64,000 bases of DNA from Mytilus trossulus (lineage: Eukaryota), in NCBI RefSeq assembly GCF_036588685.1, contig NC_086386.1, positions 52,204,001 to 52,268,000 on the forward strand. Reading direction: 5' to 3'. A program made the translations under genes and the position numbers. The notes under the pieces were generated by a model. That model worked only from the letters and a program-made list of their open reading frames with translations. It searched no databases and had not been told where the DNA came from. This document shows, one piece after another, positions 19,806-32,025 of the stretch. Within the stretch, counting starts at the first letter, position 1; every line of letters starts with the position of its first letter.

Positions 19806-22697
19806 AAAGTTATCAAAAAAACAAGTGATGGACTTATCTTTGCCCTGACCATCTGAGGGAAATGTGTAAGCATAGCGTCCGTGACGTCTCTCCTAGCTGA
19901 AAAAGGTATGTTTTCACATTAAAAACCTGACCAGAAAAACAGTATAAAAGCCCAGGTTGTTTTTGGAAGTTATGACGAGAAAGCATTTATCGATATGCAA
20001 GCAGTTTCATGATAACCCTTTTGCATTCAAAATAAAACAAGATAAACAGCAGCAGACAAGAATGGTTGTGTAATAGACAGTATGTTTATGCGTTGTAGTC
20101 GTCATAAAAAGACTTGCCTAAACTGTGACATAAATGTTATTTATTTGTATTACCATTCCTATTCTTTTAAGGAATGGAAAATCTTTTGTGCATAACTATA
20201 AAACAGTTAGAAAAACTACTAGTTGTTGGTTTATGATTCTAAAATTAAAAATAAATACTTTCAAATCGATCTTGGTACAAGCATCTGAATTTATTTTGTT
20301 TACAATGATATTAGATGATATTCATAATAGACAGCTTTATAGAAAAGGAAAGCAAACCAATTATTCAACAGTTAAAAAAAAGTAGAAAGAAATTTTGAAC
20401 CAGGAAAGAAATAAATAGACATAAAACCTGTTCATTAGCATATAATTTTAATAAAAGAATAAAAAATGTAAGTAAAACATAAATTAAAAATGTCAGGTGA
20501 ATCTATAAAAGTATAGAATTTGAAAGTGATACATAAGTCGGAAGAACATTAATTAGAAACAAAATAAGCTTAGAATATTGGTAAGTTATTTTGCTATGGT
20601 GTAATTAGATTGTTTTTCGAGTTATTAGTTAGAAAAAAAACTGAGTCTCTTTTTTCCCTATTTACTATTGATTATTTTGTAAAATTACCCAAAACACTCG
20701 ACAGTAAGGCAAGAATTCACATAAGTCGTCAAATGATGACTGCTGTCATGTGAATTATTTGAAGACCTTAGTTCACAAATAATGTTTGCTAGAAACAATG
20801 TTCTTGTATCGCATGGTTTTCGTTTGCTCAGCAAAAGTTAAAAGCATCATTTTAAAAGAAAGATACAGAACTCCAAAGGGAAAAACAATTAGAAAAAATA
20901 CTCAACAAATGGCAGATTCAAAAGCTTAAACACACCAAACGAAAAGAAATCATATGTCAAATTACTGACTTGGTACTGGCATTTCCTTATGTACATAGTG
21001 AATTTTATGCTTTTATGGCTTGTTAAACCTCTTACTGACCGTTCAATGTGTGACCAAAACAAACAGACATTATAAATAAAAATGTCAAAAATTGGGCAAC
21101 AGCAAAGCTAGAGTCTAAATTACTATGAACATACAACTATGTCAGCATATAGAACAACACAATATTAAATAGACACTCTATGAACATCAACATTATTTTT
21201 GAAAATATATTCACGTGAGAAGGCGCAGTTAAGCGGTTAAAATTTTATTACGATTGCAAAAGAATACACATGCTCACTTAAGTATTAGAGGACGTTTCTT
21301 AATGATTTATGCATAGACTGAACGTTGAGGTTTCACGTTCCCATAAAGTCCTTTAAAACTGTCAGGCATCAGCTAGAACTCGTTTGGAATATTTATAATG
21401 ACAACTGCTTCAATTGTTACTTATACCCTACATTGGTTTCACAGTAAGTTAGGAAAACTTTTTTAATGTTATGTTAGCATGCCTAATTCATTACAGTTAT
21501 ACCGTCTATTAGTACGCATCCCTTTACATGATCACATCTATATACGAAACAGTCAAATGATAAACAAACAATAGTTATTTGATGTATATGTAGTTATATT
21601 CAAACTATTTGAATTATTTTTCTTTCTTAAATGTGGGCATCCATTATAAAAAGTTGATATATATGTTTTTAAATATCACATGAGTTCTAGTGAGTATTTT
21701 TACGCCTTCCTCATTCTTATTCATAGCTTATTCCTTTTCATAGGTATACGTAGATGCAATTAAACCATCTCATGTTTTAATAGCTCTCTTTTACGGTATG
21801 GTTTTTGCATGTTGCCGATTTGAGATTTTCAATTAAATGACATTACTCGACATAACTTATCTATCTGACCGTGTGTCAGACTATTACATTAATGATGACG
21901 GATGAGAGCATAGACTGTTTGAATTTTGGCTCATTGAATACATATACTTTGTTGTGATCGATTCCTTTTTAAATTAGTACTTACATCTATTTTAATTATT
22001 TACATCTTTTGCTATCAAATGTAGGATTATTTTATTGACAACAACCTTTAAAGGGAATAATTAATTCAGTTACCGGTCACCAAGCGCACCGATCATTACA
22101 TATACATTTCCCCTTATCCATATATTTACCTCTCAAATGATGAGTGCTTAAAGCTCCAAATCAAAATTAAAACATATTATCATTGTTTTTTCTTAAAGTT
22201 GTAATACTTAAACAAGAGTTTCAAACACTCCGGGATGCAAAAAGGGTACGTCACTTGCTTGTTTTTATGAATACTTCTATATAACGAATTTCAAGATACT
22301 ATTTTCAAAAGTAAACAATCAGATCACCAATGCATCTTTTAGATAGTACTTTGTCAATTTTTTCTAGATATACATCAGATAATATTGATAAGGTTGCATG
22401 TTAAAGAAAGAAATAGGATTTCACTTTACTGAATCAGTTTTTTTTTCTTTTGTTATAAGGATGAATGCATTAAATGAAGAGCTCGTTCAGACGCAAGCGT
22501 AATTATACGTCATTGCTTTGAAACTGTTTTATGTTTTGTAATGTTTTGCGTTTGACTTATACAACTAGGAAATGTGATCATAGGAAGGTGTCATGATGTC
22601 GTAAGCCCACACATTATTGTGGCCAATGTTTTGATCACTACAGGTACATGCATATAAAAATACTCATCTTAGATACCAGGACTAAATTTAGTATATA

Positions 22698-22739
22698 CGC
22701 CAGACGCGCGTTTCGTCTACAAAAGACTCATCAGTGACG
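22698..22739 (-). ncRNA. Type-I hammerhead ribozyme (retrozyme/PLE-associated)
   Basis: Minus strand reads CGTCA-CTGATGA-GTC(ttttgta)GAC-GAAAC-GCGC-GTC-TGGCG: perfect core, stems I-III and a GUC cleavage triplet. Confidence 0.9.
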
Positions 22740-22959
22740 CTCGAATCTCCAAAAAATAATAATAATATATATCTTTTATATTCATTACTGTCTTTGATCG
22801 CACATTCGCCTCGACAATTAACCCTATAAAGTGATCGGGTTAATATAAATATTGGTCTCATTGTCATTATATGTTATTTAAACAAAAAACTAAATGAAGT
22901 CATAGTCTGTCTCAATTTTTAAATTTTTATGAAAGAGACAGATTCCTACTAACTTCGGT

Positions 22960-24020
22960 CGCACTAAAATCCAGAACATATAAATAAACTATAATTAAAA
23001 AACGACTAACAAAGGTCAGAAGCTCCTGACTTCGGACAGGCGTGAAAATGCGGCGAGGTTTAACCTGTTATGTGAGATCTTAACCCTGTCCCTATGCATC
23101 TCGCAAATGTATAATAAAGAAACACATAACAATACGCTTAATAAAACTTAATTTAAAAGAAGTCCTAGTAAGATTTCAGAATAGGTAATAAAAGGAACTA
23201 ACAAAAAAGGCAATGATACATACATTAATAAAGGACTACTAGCGGTAACTGACATTCCAGCTTCATACCTCAATTAATCTCAGTGAACTATTATGTCTAA
23301 ATCCTATGACAATCAAGTAAAATCCCTCATGTATTGAGTTTAAAATCATACCGTCATAAAATAAATGAGAAGAACATAACCTGTATCATGCCAAAAACTG
23401 GTTCAAGAATAATGTCTTTATTTTCGATGCAAAGACCCACCAATCAATTTTAATACCATAATATGCAATCCTTAATAACTTGACAACAGTATCGTAACTA
23501 AATCATCTCCGAATAAGTCCGTTTAAATGTTTGGTTAACTATTGAGGTGAATGCAAAAATGTTTGTGATTCGTACAAAAATTTTACAACAAATATTGTAT
23601 GTGAAATACCTGAACGTTAATTATGTCTGTATGTTGAGTCATATTTACAAACGATATATTTGTACTGATGATACAATTTAGTAAATGGTTTGACTAGTTA
23701 ATGACCTCGAAAACCCTGGTGTAATATTTTTCAGTAATACAGAGATTTTTTTTGTGGAAATCAAATACGTTGACACATACACGAGCGAATCGAACAAATT
23801 GAGATTTATAAACACTATAACATGGTGTCAAGGGAACGCAAACTTCTAAAAAGTAAAAATATAACAATAGGTGATGAAATATCTCTTTTACTAAAACTGT
23901 GTTATTTGCTTCCCGATATATAGATATCAAGTTACATGGAAGAGCAGTGTAAATTGTTAATATTAACTTTGATAAATCACTTAAGTGTCCTGCTGAAGTC
24001 GTCATTATTGAGGACACTAT
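22960..24020 (-). pseudogene. Degenerate PLE-derived repeat (same family as 1-1583 and 63440-64000)
   Basis: Colinear repeat with remnant PCYSVYKSQFVRFARVC. Confidence 0.6.
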
Positions 24021-25225
24021 ATCATCTAAAAGTCATGGAATACTTTGTTTATACGTTAGTGACGTATTTAATCATATTGAATGGTTGTCAATAAAAGGTA
24101 ACATTACGTTCTTACGTCGAGTTACTGGAAATCTCTATGGTAAGATAACTTATCCTACATCCTCGTCATTTTGTCTCTAATAGTTTAATGTCTCAATGAG
24201 ATATCCATTTTCAAATGATAAAATGATTTTCCCTTGATTGAATGTATGCAACACCATCAATATGTCAGTTGTTTTTTAATTTGCATAAGTAATTGCAATT
24301 TGCCGGCCTATTTGTCTTCAGTTAAATATACTATGTATTGAAATACGTCCTACATGTTTACTTAACTTCATTCATAAAGGCAACATACGTATACCGCTGT
24401 TTAAAACTCGTAAATCGTTTGATAAAAAACAAAATCGGGGTAACAAACCTTAAACCATGGGTGACGTCAGATAAAATTTTTTTTTTTTTTTAGGTTTGTC
24501 TCATCCCAATTGAACCCACAATTATACAAATATTAAGCTGGGTTTGTTTAAATTATTTAAAACAATGATATAACTTGAAGCTGCTTTATATTTGTTACCT
24601 ATATTTCAAATATTTAATTTGTGTTCTGATATAGGCAAAATGCGTTTTGGTTTATTTTTTTAAACAGGAGAGGCAACACACACCAAAGGACATCCACAAC
24701 TATAAGTCTAGAATAAACTGAAGAAAAAATAATTTCAACCACCATTTGGTGACCTATAATTGTTAACTGATTTGTCATTTGGTTGCTTTCGGAAATTTGT
24801 ATTTTATTGCCAATCATATCACATATTCTTATCTTTTCTATGAACCTTTGTATTTGTAAAGATAAGCTCACATGTAGAATGCCGTTTTCATCAGATTGAA
24901 CAAAACTGTATTATAAGAAACAATTCACGTCGAATACATATAGTGATGTAAAACAGAACAGTTTTTGAAAAAGATTAAACCGTATACTCTGACATTGATA
25001 TATATTGAAATGAAATAATCGAACAACTGTAACAGCCAAAGCAAGACATTTAAAATAGCTTTATAAAAACCAAGAAGTATATTTTGCAAATGATTCATTT
25101 TCAATGTCATATAAATATATATTTTTAATTCATATATAGTTATGCTCATGATTGGTCATGTACCTGTCACTGCTGTTACATTGCATGTCAAACTGCAATT
25201 ATGTCCATAAAGTTTACTCTCACAT

Positions 25226-25823
25226 GTTCTATGGGAACGAACTCTGCGCCTCTACTTGCCGACCTCTTCTTATTTTCATATAAATCGGAGTTCCTTCAGC
25301 CACTTGTCAAAAACAAGAAGATCAAAGAAGCCAGGTTATTTAATTTCCCTTTCAGATATATTGATGATGTTCTTTCCATTAAAAATCCGAACTTTTCTGA
25401 TAGGGTTCCATTAATATCCCCTTCAGAACTAGAAATTAAAGAGACCACAGACACAGCTTCCTCCGCCTCATTTTTAGACATATACCTCGAATTGACATAC
25501 ACAGTCAACTCAGTAGCAGAATCTATAACAAACGAGACGATTTCAATTTCGAAATTACCAATTTCCCCCACCTTTGTAGTAATATACCAACTTCACCTGC
25601 ATATGGAATATACATTTCCCAACTTATTAGGTATTCAAGAGCTTGCAGCTCCTATTCAGACGTTGTAAAACGTCACCAGTGTCTGAGCAGAAAGTTGATG
25701 AACCAGGGGTATGTCAAAGAACGTCTCGTCCTTTTTCTAAAAGAGTTCATCGGAAGATACCAAGAACTTGTTGATAAATATTCCGTATCAACTTCACAAA
25801 TAATACAAGATGGTTTTGAAGTA
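25226..25823 (+). pseudogene. PLE-type reverse transcriptase fragment
   Basis: MGTNSAPLLADLFL, FRYIDDVLSI, ASFLD, then after a frameshift AYGIYISQLIRYSRACS. 5'-truncated. Confidence 0.85.
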
Positions 25824-26439
25824 TAGATTTTGCGTACTGACGCTGGTTATCATCTTAATAACGTGTTATGATATTTTTTTATTTGTCTGTATTAATATTA
25901 CTTGTACAGTTAAGTCAGTTTTTTTGAAATATTCTTTTGACGTGACTCTGTGGTTATGTAAAACATCATACTTTGAACGACAAAATTATTTCATTTATTA
26001 TATTACATTTACTAATGATCTTGAAATAATATGAATGACAAAGCTATTTCATTCCATTATACTACTTTTTCTGTTAAGTCTGTTTTTTTTATATATACAT
26101 TTGACGTGAAACTGTACTTATGTATCCCGTCATACTCTGAACCACACTATTATTTTATTTATTTTTATTACTTTATGTTAAGTCTGTTTTTTTGTTATAT
26201 CTACTTTACGTGACTACATGTATGTATGCCGTCATACTTTGAACGATAACATTATTTTTATGTCTACCTGTGCGAATTTCAAACGCGCAATTTTACACCA
26301 GTACTGTAAACCTTCTATCTTTTATGGGTAGACTTACCATATATAAATTCAGTCGTATAAGAAAAGCCAAATGATTATGTTAAATTTGATGTATGCCTTT
26401 TTGTGCTTCTTTGTGACATTTGTTGTTTTTATAGCGATA

Positions 26440-26760
26440 TTAGGACGATAACGCGGTGTTGACTGCTGTACCCCTATTTTTGACATTTTACTCTTTGAGT
26501 ATGTTTGTTTTGTTCATACATCGTTGACAATGTAATGGAATTTCACGCGACTGTCATACAAGTGAGAGGTTTAGCTAGCTATAAACCCAGGTTCAATCCA
26601 CCATTTTTCACATAAGAAAATGCCTGTATCAAGTCAGGAATATGACAGTTGTTATCCATTCGTTTGATGTGTTTGGACTTTTGATTTTGCCCTTTTGTTT
26701 TTGGATTTTCCTTTTTGAATTTTCCTCGGAGTTCAGTATTTTTTTGTTTTTACTTCTTAT
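26440..26760. repeat. Interspersed repeat (GAGAGGTTTAGC..TATAAAACCAGG family)
   Basis: Colinear with ~60965-61262, with inverted copies near 2160-2300 and 20870-21100. Confidence 0.6.
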
Positions 26761-27788
26761 ACATTTTTCACCCGTCGAATGGTGGCCAATTGGACATTCT
26801 AAAAAGAAATTGTAAACGGAGATCGAATGATTTAACCACCTTCTCGGTTCGACATTCTGCTACTAGTATACATGTTAAAATAACGTGAAACATAGTACTT
26901 ATATTTTTTGTTTTATTCATCGTGTGAACTCTTCGTACTGATTGCAATATATAATAAGGCAGACTGACTATTTGAACATATTTTTTTTAATGATGTCAAA
27001 GCATTGTAACTTGTATTCGATAATACAAAAGTATGGGGGAAAAAATTAGCAGATAATAATTAAAAATGATCATAAAAGTAAAGCAGCATTTTATGCAAAT
27101 CAGTTTTTTACCACTATTACCCGTATAAGCCCTTTTAATTCTGAATCCCCAGAATGTACTGGTAGGCTTGACAACACTCTCTAAATCCGGAATTTCTTGC
27201 CAACCCTGTATACATGTACTTTTAACTAGCTATAAACCAGGTTAAATATAATTAAATGTTTAAAAAAAAACGCACTGTAAAATCTACTTCCGCTCGACTT
27301 GATCGGAGGTTCTCTCCGGGATTCTGCGACCAATAAAATCTTACCGCAATGAATAAGCACAAGTGTTAGATATGGTGTTAAACAAAAATGTAGCAATCTG
27401 TCCTGTATCGGAATTGTACCTGAGGACCATACTGCACAAGGAACGCCCGAATATCGGGATGCATAAATACCCAGTCATGTCAAATGTGAAATGTCGAATA
27501 AAAAAAACAGGACGAGACGTTCTTCTATAATAAAAAAAAATCCGCTGGCTAATATTTTTCTTTACTTAAACACCGATGACTATTTAGAAATCCTGAGTAA
27601 ATTATACCGTAACATTCATTTAACACGATTTATTGGAGTTAACTATCAAACATATACACTGGCGCATGGAGACGGTTTAAAATGCACTTACTATCCCAAG
27701 TATAATTTCAGAAATTATCTTCATTAGTATATTTTTGGATTGTTTGTTTACTACTTGAAATTAAGAAATATTTAAATACTAACACGAA

Positions 27789-28719
27789 GGCCGTGTTCAC
27801 ATAGACCTAAACTCTGTGTTTTGTTAGTGTAACTCACACATAAACAAAACACAATTACGTTCCCATTGATAAAACTCAATGTTTACATGTAGTTTAAATC
27901 ATGTTTTGTCTACATGCAGTCGATAGTCGATGTAGGCCTTGTGTAGGTTTAGTGTACACAGAACTAGGCATTAAGAACTTTAATTTTTCCATGTGTATTT
28001 AAAAATGAAACAATTTTTATATAAAATTGATACTTATAACATTTATTAAAAAAGTTCTTCACAGAAATTTTTCTCTTAACTTGAATTATTCATTTGTTAT
28101 AAAAACACGTATCCTTATTCGAGACTTAAATCAATCATCATTGCCGAACATATAATTCATTTGAAAAGGTCTTCCCGAATCGATTGGACGTACACATTGA
28201 CAGAAATTTTTGCCACTGGTTTTTATACTCAAATAACGATTTTCTCATAAATGCATTACTGAAAAAGGGTGAGGTTAATTGTTTCTCAAAGGAGCCACTA
28301 CTTTACTTCTAAACAAAGGGGGGGGGGGGGGGGGTCTGAGTCAAATTTTTTTCGATGGTACCAATTCAATATTTAACACTGTAATGCATGGGAAAACATT
28401 GGATTCAGAATATATTTTCATTCTAATCATCTGAATAACCCTATTTTTTTTAATCAATTTATGGAAAAATCCACTCTCATTTTTTAAAAAGTCAAATGGT
28501 CGTTCCCTAACTGCTAGAAAAGTTGTTTAATAATTTGAATTTGGTTCTACGTAATGAACATTTAAATGGCATATAGTTTACAAGTGTGAACAAATTTTAT
28601 GTACAGGTAGCTAAACAAGGTGTATAGATGTGAACAAATGTAATGTGAAACTAGTGCAGATTACATTAAACAAAATGTAAACATGTTTACTGTACACGGC
28701 GTTTGGTGTGAACACGGCC
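27789..28719. mobile_element. PIF/Harbinger-like MITE
   Basis: TIR GGCCGTGTTCACA / TGTGAACACGGCC. Flanks GAA / TAA fit a degenerate 3-bp TSD. Confidence 0.7.
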
Positions 28720-28842
28720 TAAACGTATTTCATGCCATGAACATGATGAAGTTATTATTTTAAAAAACATAAAGATTCACATGTGCGTGTGCAACTTAAA
28801 GTTAATATCAACGCATGTATGAATGTACTAATGAATGCTTAC

Positions 28843-28877
28843 CGTCTATCGGAACACATCCTATTTCATGATGACAC
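28843..28877 (-). CDS. EGF-like receptor gene, exon 4
   Basis: Pyrimidine-rich CAG acceptor, GTAAGC donor, phase 2->1. Encodes (R)CHHEIGCVPID, completing the EGF-like repeat. Confidence 0.8.
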
Positions 28878-29707
28878 CTGTTGTGAGAAGAACAAAGTCG
28901 TAACGGATAGAATGAAGGACAAAGGTACAGTAATTCAACGGTTGTCGCTTGCTGCTGTCAATTCTATTTGATTTTCGTTTTTGATTTAGCATATATCAGG
29001 TTCATAGTTTGTCTCGTGTGCAATACTTCTCACTATATTTTCATGGGTTTTCAAAACCAAGTGAGCCATTTTTAAATATTTATGTACAACATGTAAATGT
29101 TTATCGTTTTCAGTATTGCTAGAATTAAATATATACAAAATAAACAATACAATGTAACACATCAATATAACCAAAAGACGACTCTATCATTTTTGAACTG
29201 GAAACAACAGTTATATTTGCAAGCCTACACAAATCATTGTAGCATGTTGTATTGTGATTATCATTTGTCAGCCTTAACGCACATAATGCTACACTTATTG
29301 GTTGCGTCATTTTGAGTTCTTACAGAATGCATCCATTCAGAGAAAACGCTGAATTTGCCGCCAATATTCGATTTATTCAAATATATTATAATCTTAGTAA
29401 ATGTTTTAATAATTAATTTATGTTAAATTATTCTGAACGAAATAAGCACTTTATAAACTGCTGAGCACCCGAGAGGTTTTATTGTTTTTTGTTTTGCGCC
29501 GGAGACGCTTAAACATTATCATACGTAGTTGTACTAAATAAAAAAAGAGGCTATCGATAAATAAACACTTAACTAAAACAGAAAAGAAACCACCTTTCAA
29601 ACAGGGTGTGCTTATTTCAAGCTTTTCAATATATGCATTTTTATATATTTTAATCAGTTGCTCTTTTAGGAAGAATTGTCTCGTTGGCAATGGTTCAATA
29701 TCTTCTT

Positions 29708-30644
29708 TTTTTTTTTATTTTAGGTTTTTGTTTTCTTATGAACATAATACAGTTTGATTTGACATATTTTGAGTTAAGCTTTTTTCGGTTCAGTATTGGA
29801 ACGTTTGCTCATTCTATCCGCGGAGGAAGGTGTTGTTGTTCCGTCACTTCTCTTTCGTTTTGGGTCCATTGGTGTGTGTTGTTCTTGTACGCACGGTTTC
29901 GGAGAATGAAAGAAATCGTCAAGTTTTCTGTTAATACTTAGTGCACCTTCGGTGCTTATATGCACACCGCTGTTGTCGGCTTTGTCAAACAAAGATCTGA
30001 TGATTGTTCCATTTTTATAGAACAGTTTCTCTAAATCAACATAATCTATATTGTCCTCGCGAGCGCACACTTTTCTAATAAACTTGTTTACGCTTGTTGC
30101 CGATTGGTTTAATCTGTTTATTTGCGCACTGTTACCTTTACGTGGTATGATGCTACAAAGACCAACATGCGACTCTGGATAGGCGGATTTCACTTGAGCC
30201 ACTGCTTTTGTCACAAGTAAATTTATTTGGTCACTGTCATCCTTATGTTTACTAATATCATTTGTACCGAGACAAATAGCAACCTTATCAACTTTGAAAC
30301 TATCAGTTTTCTGAACAGCAATGTCTAAAATTTGTGTGAAATTTTCAAAATTTGCACCTGATTTTGAAGCATTCAATAAGTTTTCATCAGTTTCGCCGAG
30401 TCTTGTACAATTGGACGCGCCAATAAGGACATTTAGTGTATCGGTAGTGTCATTTTTCCCACTTTCGGAAAAGGTGTCGTTATCACAAACTGAGTGTGTA
30501 TCTGAATGTGCATCTAACTTAGTTTCTTGTCTACCCTCAATTATTTCAGGACCTTGCTTACTGTAACCTTGGTTTTCTTGGTCTTGCTTAAAACTTTCGC
30601 AGTCTCGTCTAGGATGCCCATCTATGTTGCAGTAAGAGCAATAC
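29708..30644 (-). mobile_element. 5'-truncated, ORF1-only poly(A) retro-insertion with 16-bp TSD
   Basis: GGTTCAATATCTTCTT duplicated at 29692-29707 and 30645-30660. AATAAA and a poly(A) tract lie ~60 nt after the stop codon. Confidence 0.88.
29774..30643 (-). CDS. LINE ORF1-like protein fragment: CCHC zinc knuckle + SGNH/GDSL esterase
   Basis: The frame is open upstream of the track ORF. Motifs CSYCNIDGHPRRDC, VLIGASN, SGA, ICLGTND, DNSGVHIS. No start codon (truncated). Confidence 0.8.
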   Translation of the reverse strand, partial: YCSYCNIDGHPRRDCESFKQDQENQGYSKQGPEIIEGRQETKLDAHSDTHSVCDNDTFSESGKNDTTDTLNVLIGASNCTRLGETDENLLNASKSGANFENFTQILDIAVQKTDSFKVDKVAICLGTNDISKHKDDSDQINLLVTKAVAQVKSAYPESHVGLCSIIPRKGNSAQINRLNQSATSVNKFIRKVCAREDNIDYVDLEKLFYKNGTIIRSLFDKADNSGVHISTEGALSINRKLDDFFHSPKPCVQEQHTPMDPKRKRSDGTTTPSSADRMSKRSNTEPKKA

Positions 30645-31063
30645 GGTTCAATATCTTCTTATTTCTGTATTGTTCAACGATTCATTTGCATATAGTATTC
30701 ATAATTATTCGTAATCCTTAACAAAGTACATATCATGTACATCTTTTTATATTCTGCTTAAAATAAATTCGCAATCGTCCTGAACATGTATGAAATATAT
30801 GCCACTTGACGTTAAATTACCAGCAATTGATAAAATCGCATATCAGACTTGTGTATTGTGAACATGACTAAAATGTATGCAATTACTTTGCATTGTTGAA
30901 ATGAATTAGTCAAATTACAGCTGTCACGAGCGATGGAGTCACGGATTTAAGTACATTGTAGCCTTATAAAAATTATTTTATATTTCAGTAGATTTTGCAC
31001 AATATGCATTCCCAACCTTATATAATTATGTTTTTCGTTTATATTGATGAATTAACATCGTAC

Positions 31064-31166
31064 CTTTCCGTGCTGTTACAATTGCATGTTTGTATGCACT
31101 TATATCCATACGTGTTCACACATTTTGTACACACTTTACCCTTGGAAAAGTAGCCTTTTCGACATT
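31064..31166 (-). CDS. EGF-like receptor gene, exon 3
   Basis: TTTTTTTACAG acceptor, GT donor, phase 1->2. Encodes ECRKGYFSKGKVCTKCVNTYGYKCIQTCNCNSTE(R). Confidence 0.88.
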
Positions 31167-31966
31167 CTGTAAAAAAATTGTTAGATGGAAAATAATGACA
31201 AATCCCTTATTGAGGTCCATTGATTTAAACAGTTCTCACCCAACGCCATACACTCTCTGATAAACAAACAGTAATGCGCATGCAATGCAACAAATATAAA
31301 TAAAAAGCATGATTTATCATATATCAAACTGAGAATGTAAATCAGCGATGTATCAAATAGACAACAACCTTACCGAAAAGCAGAAAATCAGTCGAATATA
31401 AAAAAAAATCTGTATGTTTAGGTTTGTTTATTTGTTAAAAAACCCACAATACATGTTAGTACCGATAAAGCTTCAATAACGTAAATAAAAAAGATTTTGA
31501 AATTTGTTTCTAATAATATGTGTGTATTCAACAGATTTAGATGTGGTATGTGAATGTAGTCTTCTTTAGTAGCGGACATCTTTTGGGCTCGATTTACATA
31601 ATACATGTACATGTAATACGTGAAACATTTTCTTATTTAGTATCTACATGTACATGTATTAGACATCTCGTTAGTATATATACTGTGCGTGTTTTTAACA
31701 TTTATTTTAAGAGAGGACAACTAATGCGTTGACTAATTGAGCTACACCACATTATGTGTCAGTAGAAGTATGTTTTTTTTATATATTGTGGTATGTTGGC
31801 ATTGTTAGTACTTATGCGTCTTTTCTCAGCGTTTCTATAAATAACTATGAAATCACATTTGATTAAAATTTCAGATTTGAACATGGGTAAATAGATATAA
31901 AATAGTAAAATCTTAAGACGAATTCACATATTGACATGTTGACTTTGAAATGTAGTCAAAACTTAC

Positions 31967-32025
31967 CAACACATATTCCATTCCTTTCTTCAAAATGGTT
32001 GCAACAAATCGCTTTCTTAACATTC
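31967..32025 (-). CDS. EGF-like receptor gene, exon 2
   Basis: TAG acceptor, GTAAGT donor, phase 2->1. Encodes (R)NVKKAICCNHFEERNGICV (EMI-like CC motif). Confidence 0.85.

Noticed and set aside
27342-27478. Possible minus-strand exon (MTGYLCIP...SLR|GTAAG)
   Set aside because: No good acceptor, its phase-2 donor does not fit the downstream phase-1 exons, and there is no recognisable motif.
28318-28334. Poly-G run
   Set aside because: Simple homopolymer inside a MITE with no further structure.
29125-29350. Cys-containing minus-strand ORF after a CAG acceptor-like site
   Set aside because: In-frame stop shortly after the acceptor, and it is not needed for the phase-consistent gene model.
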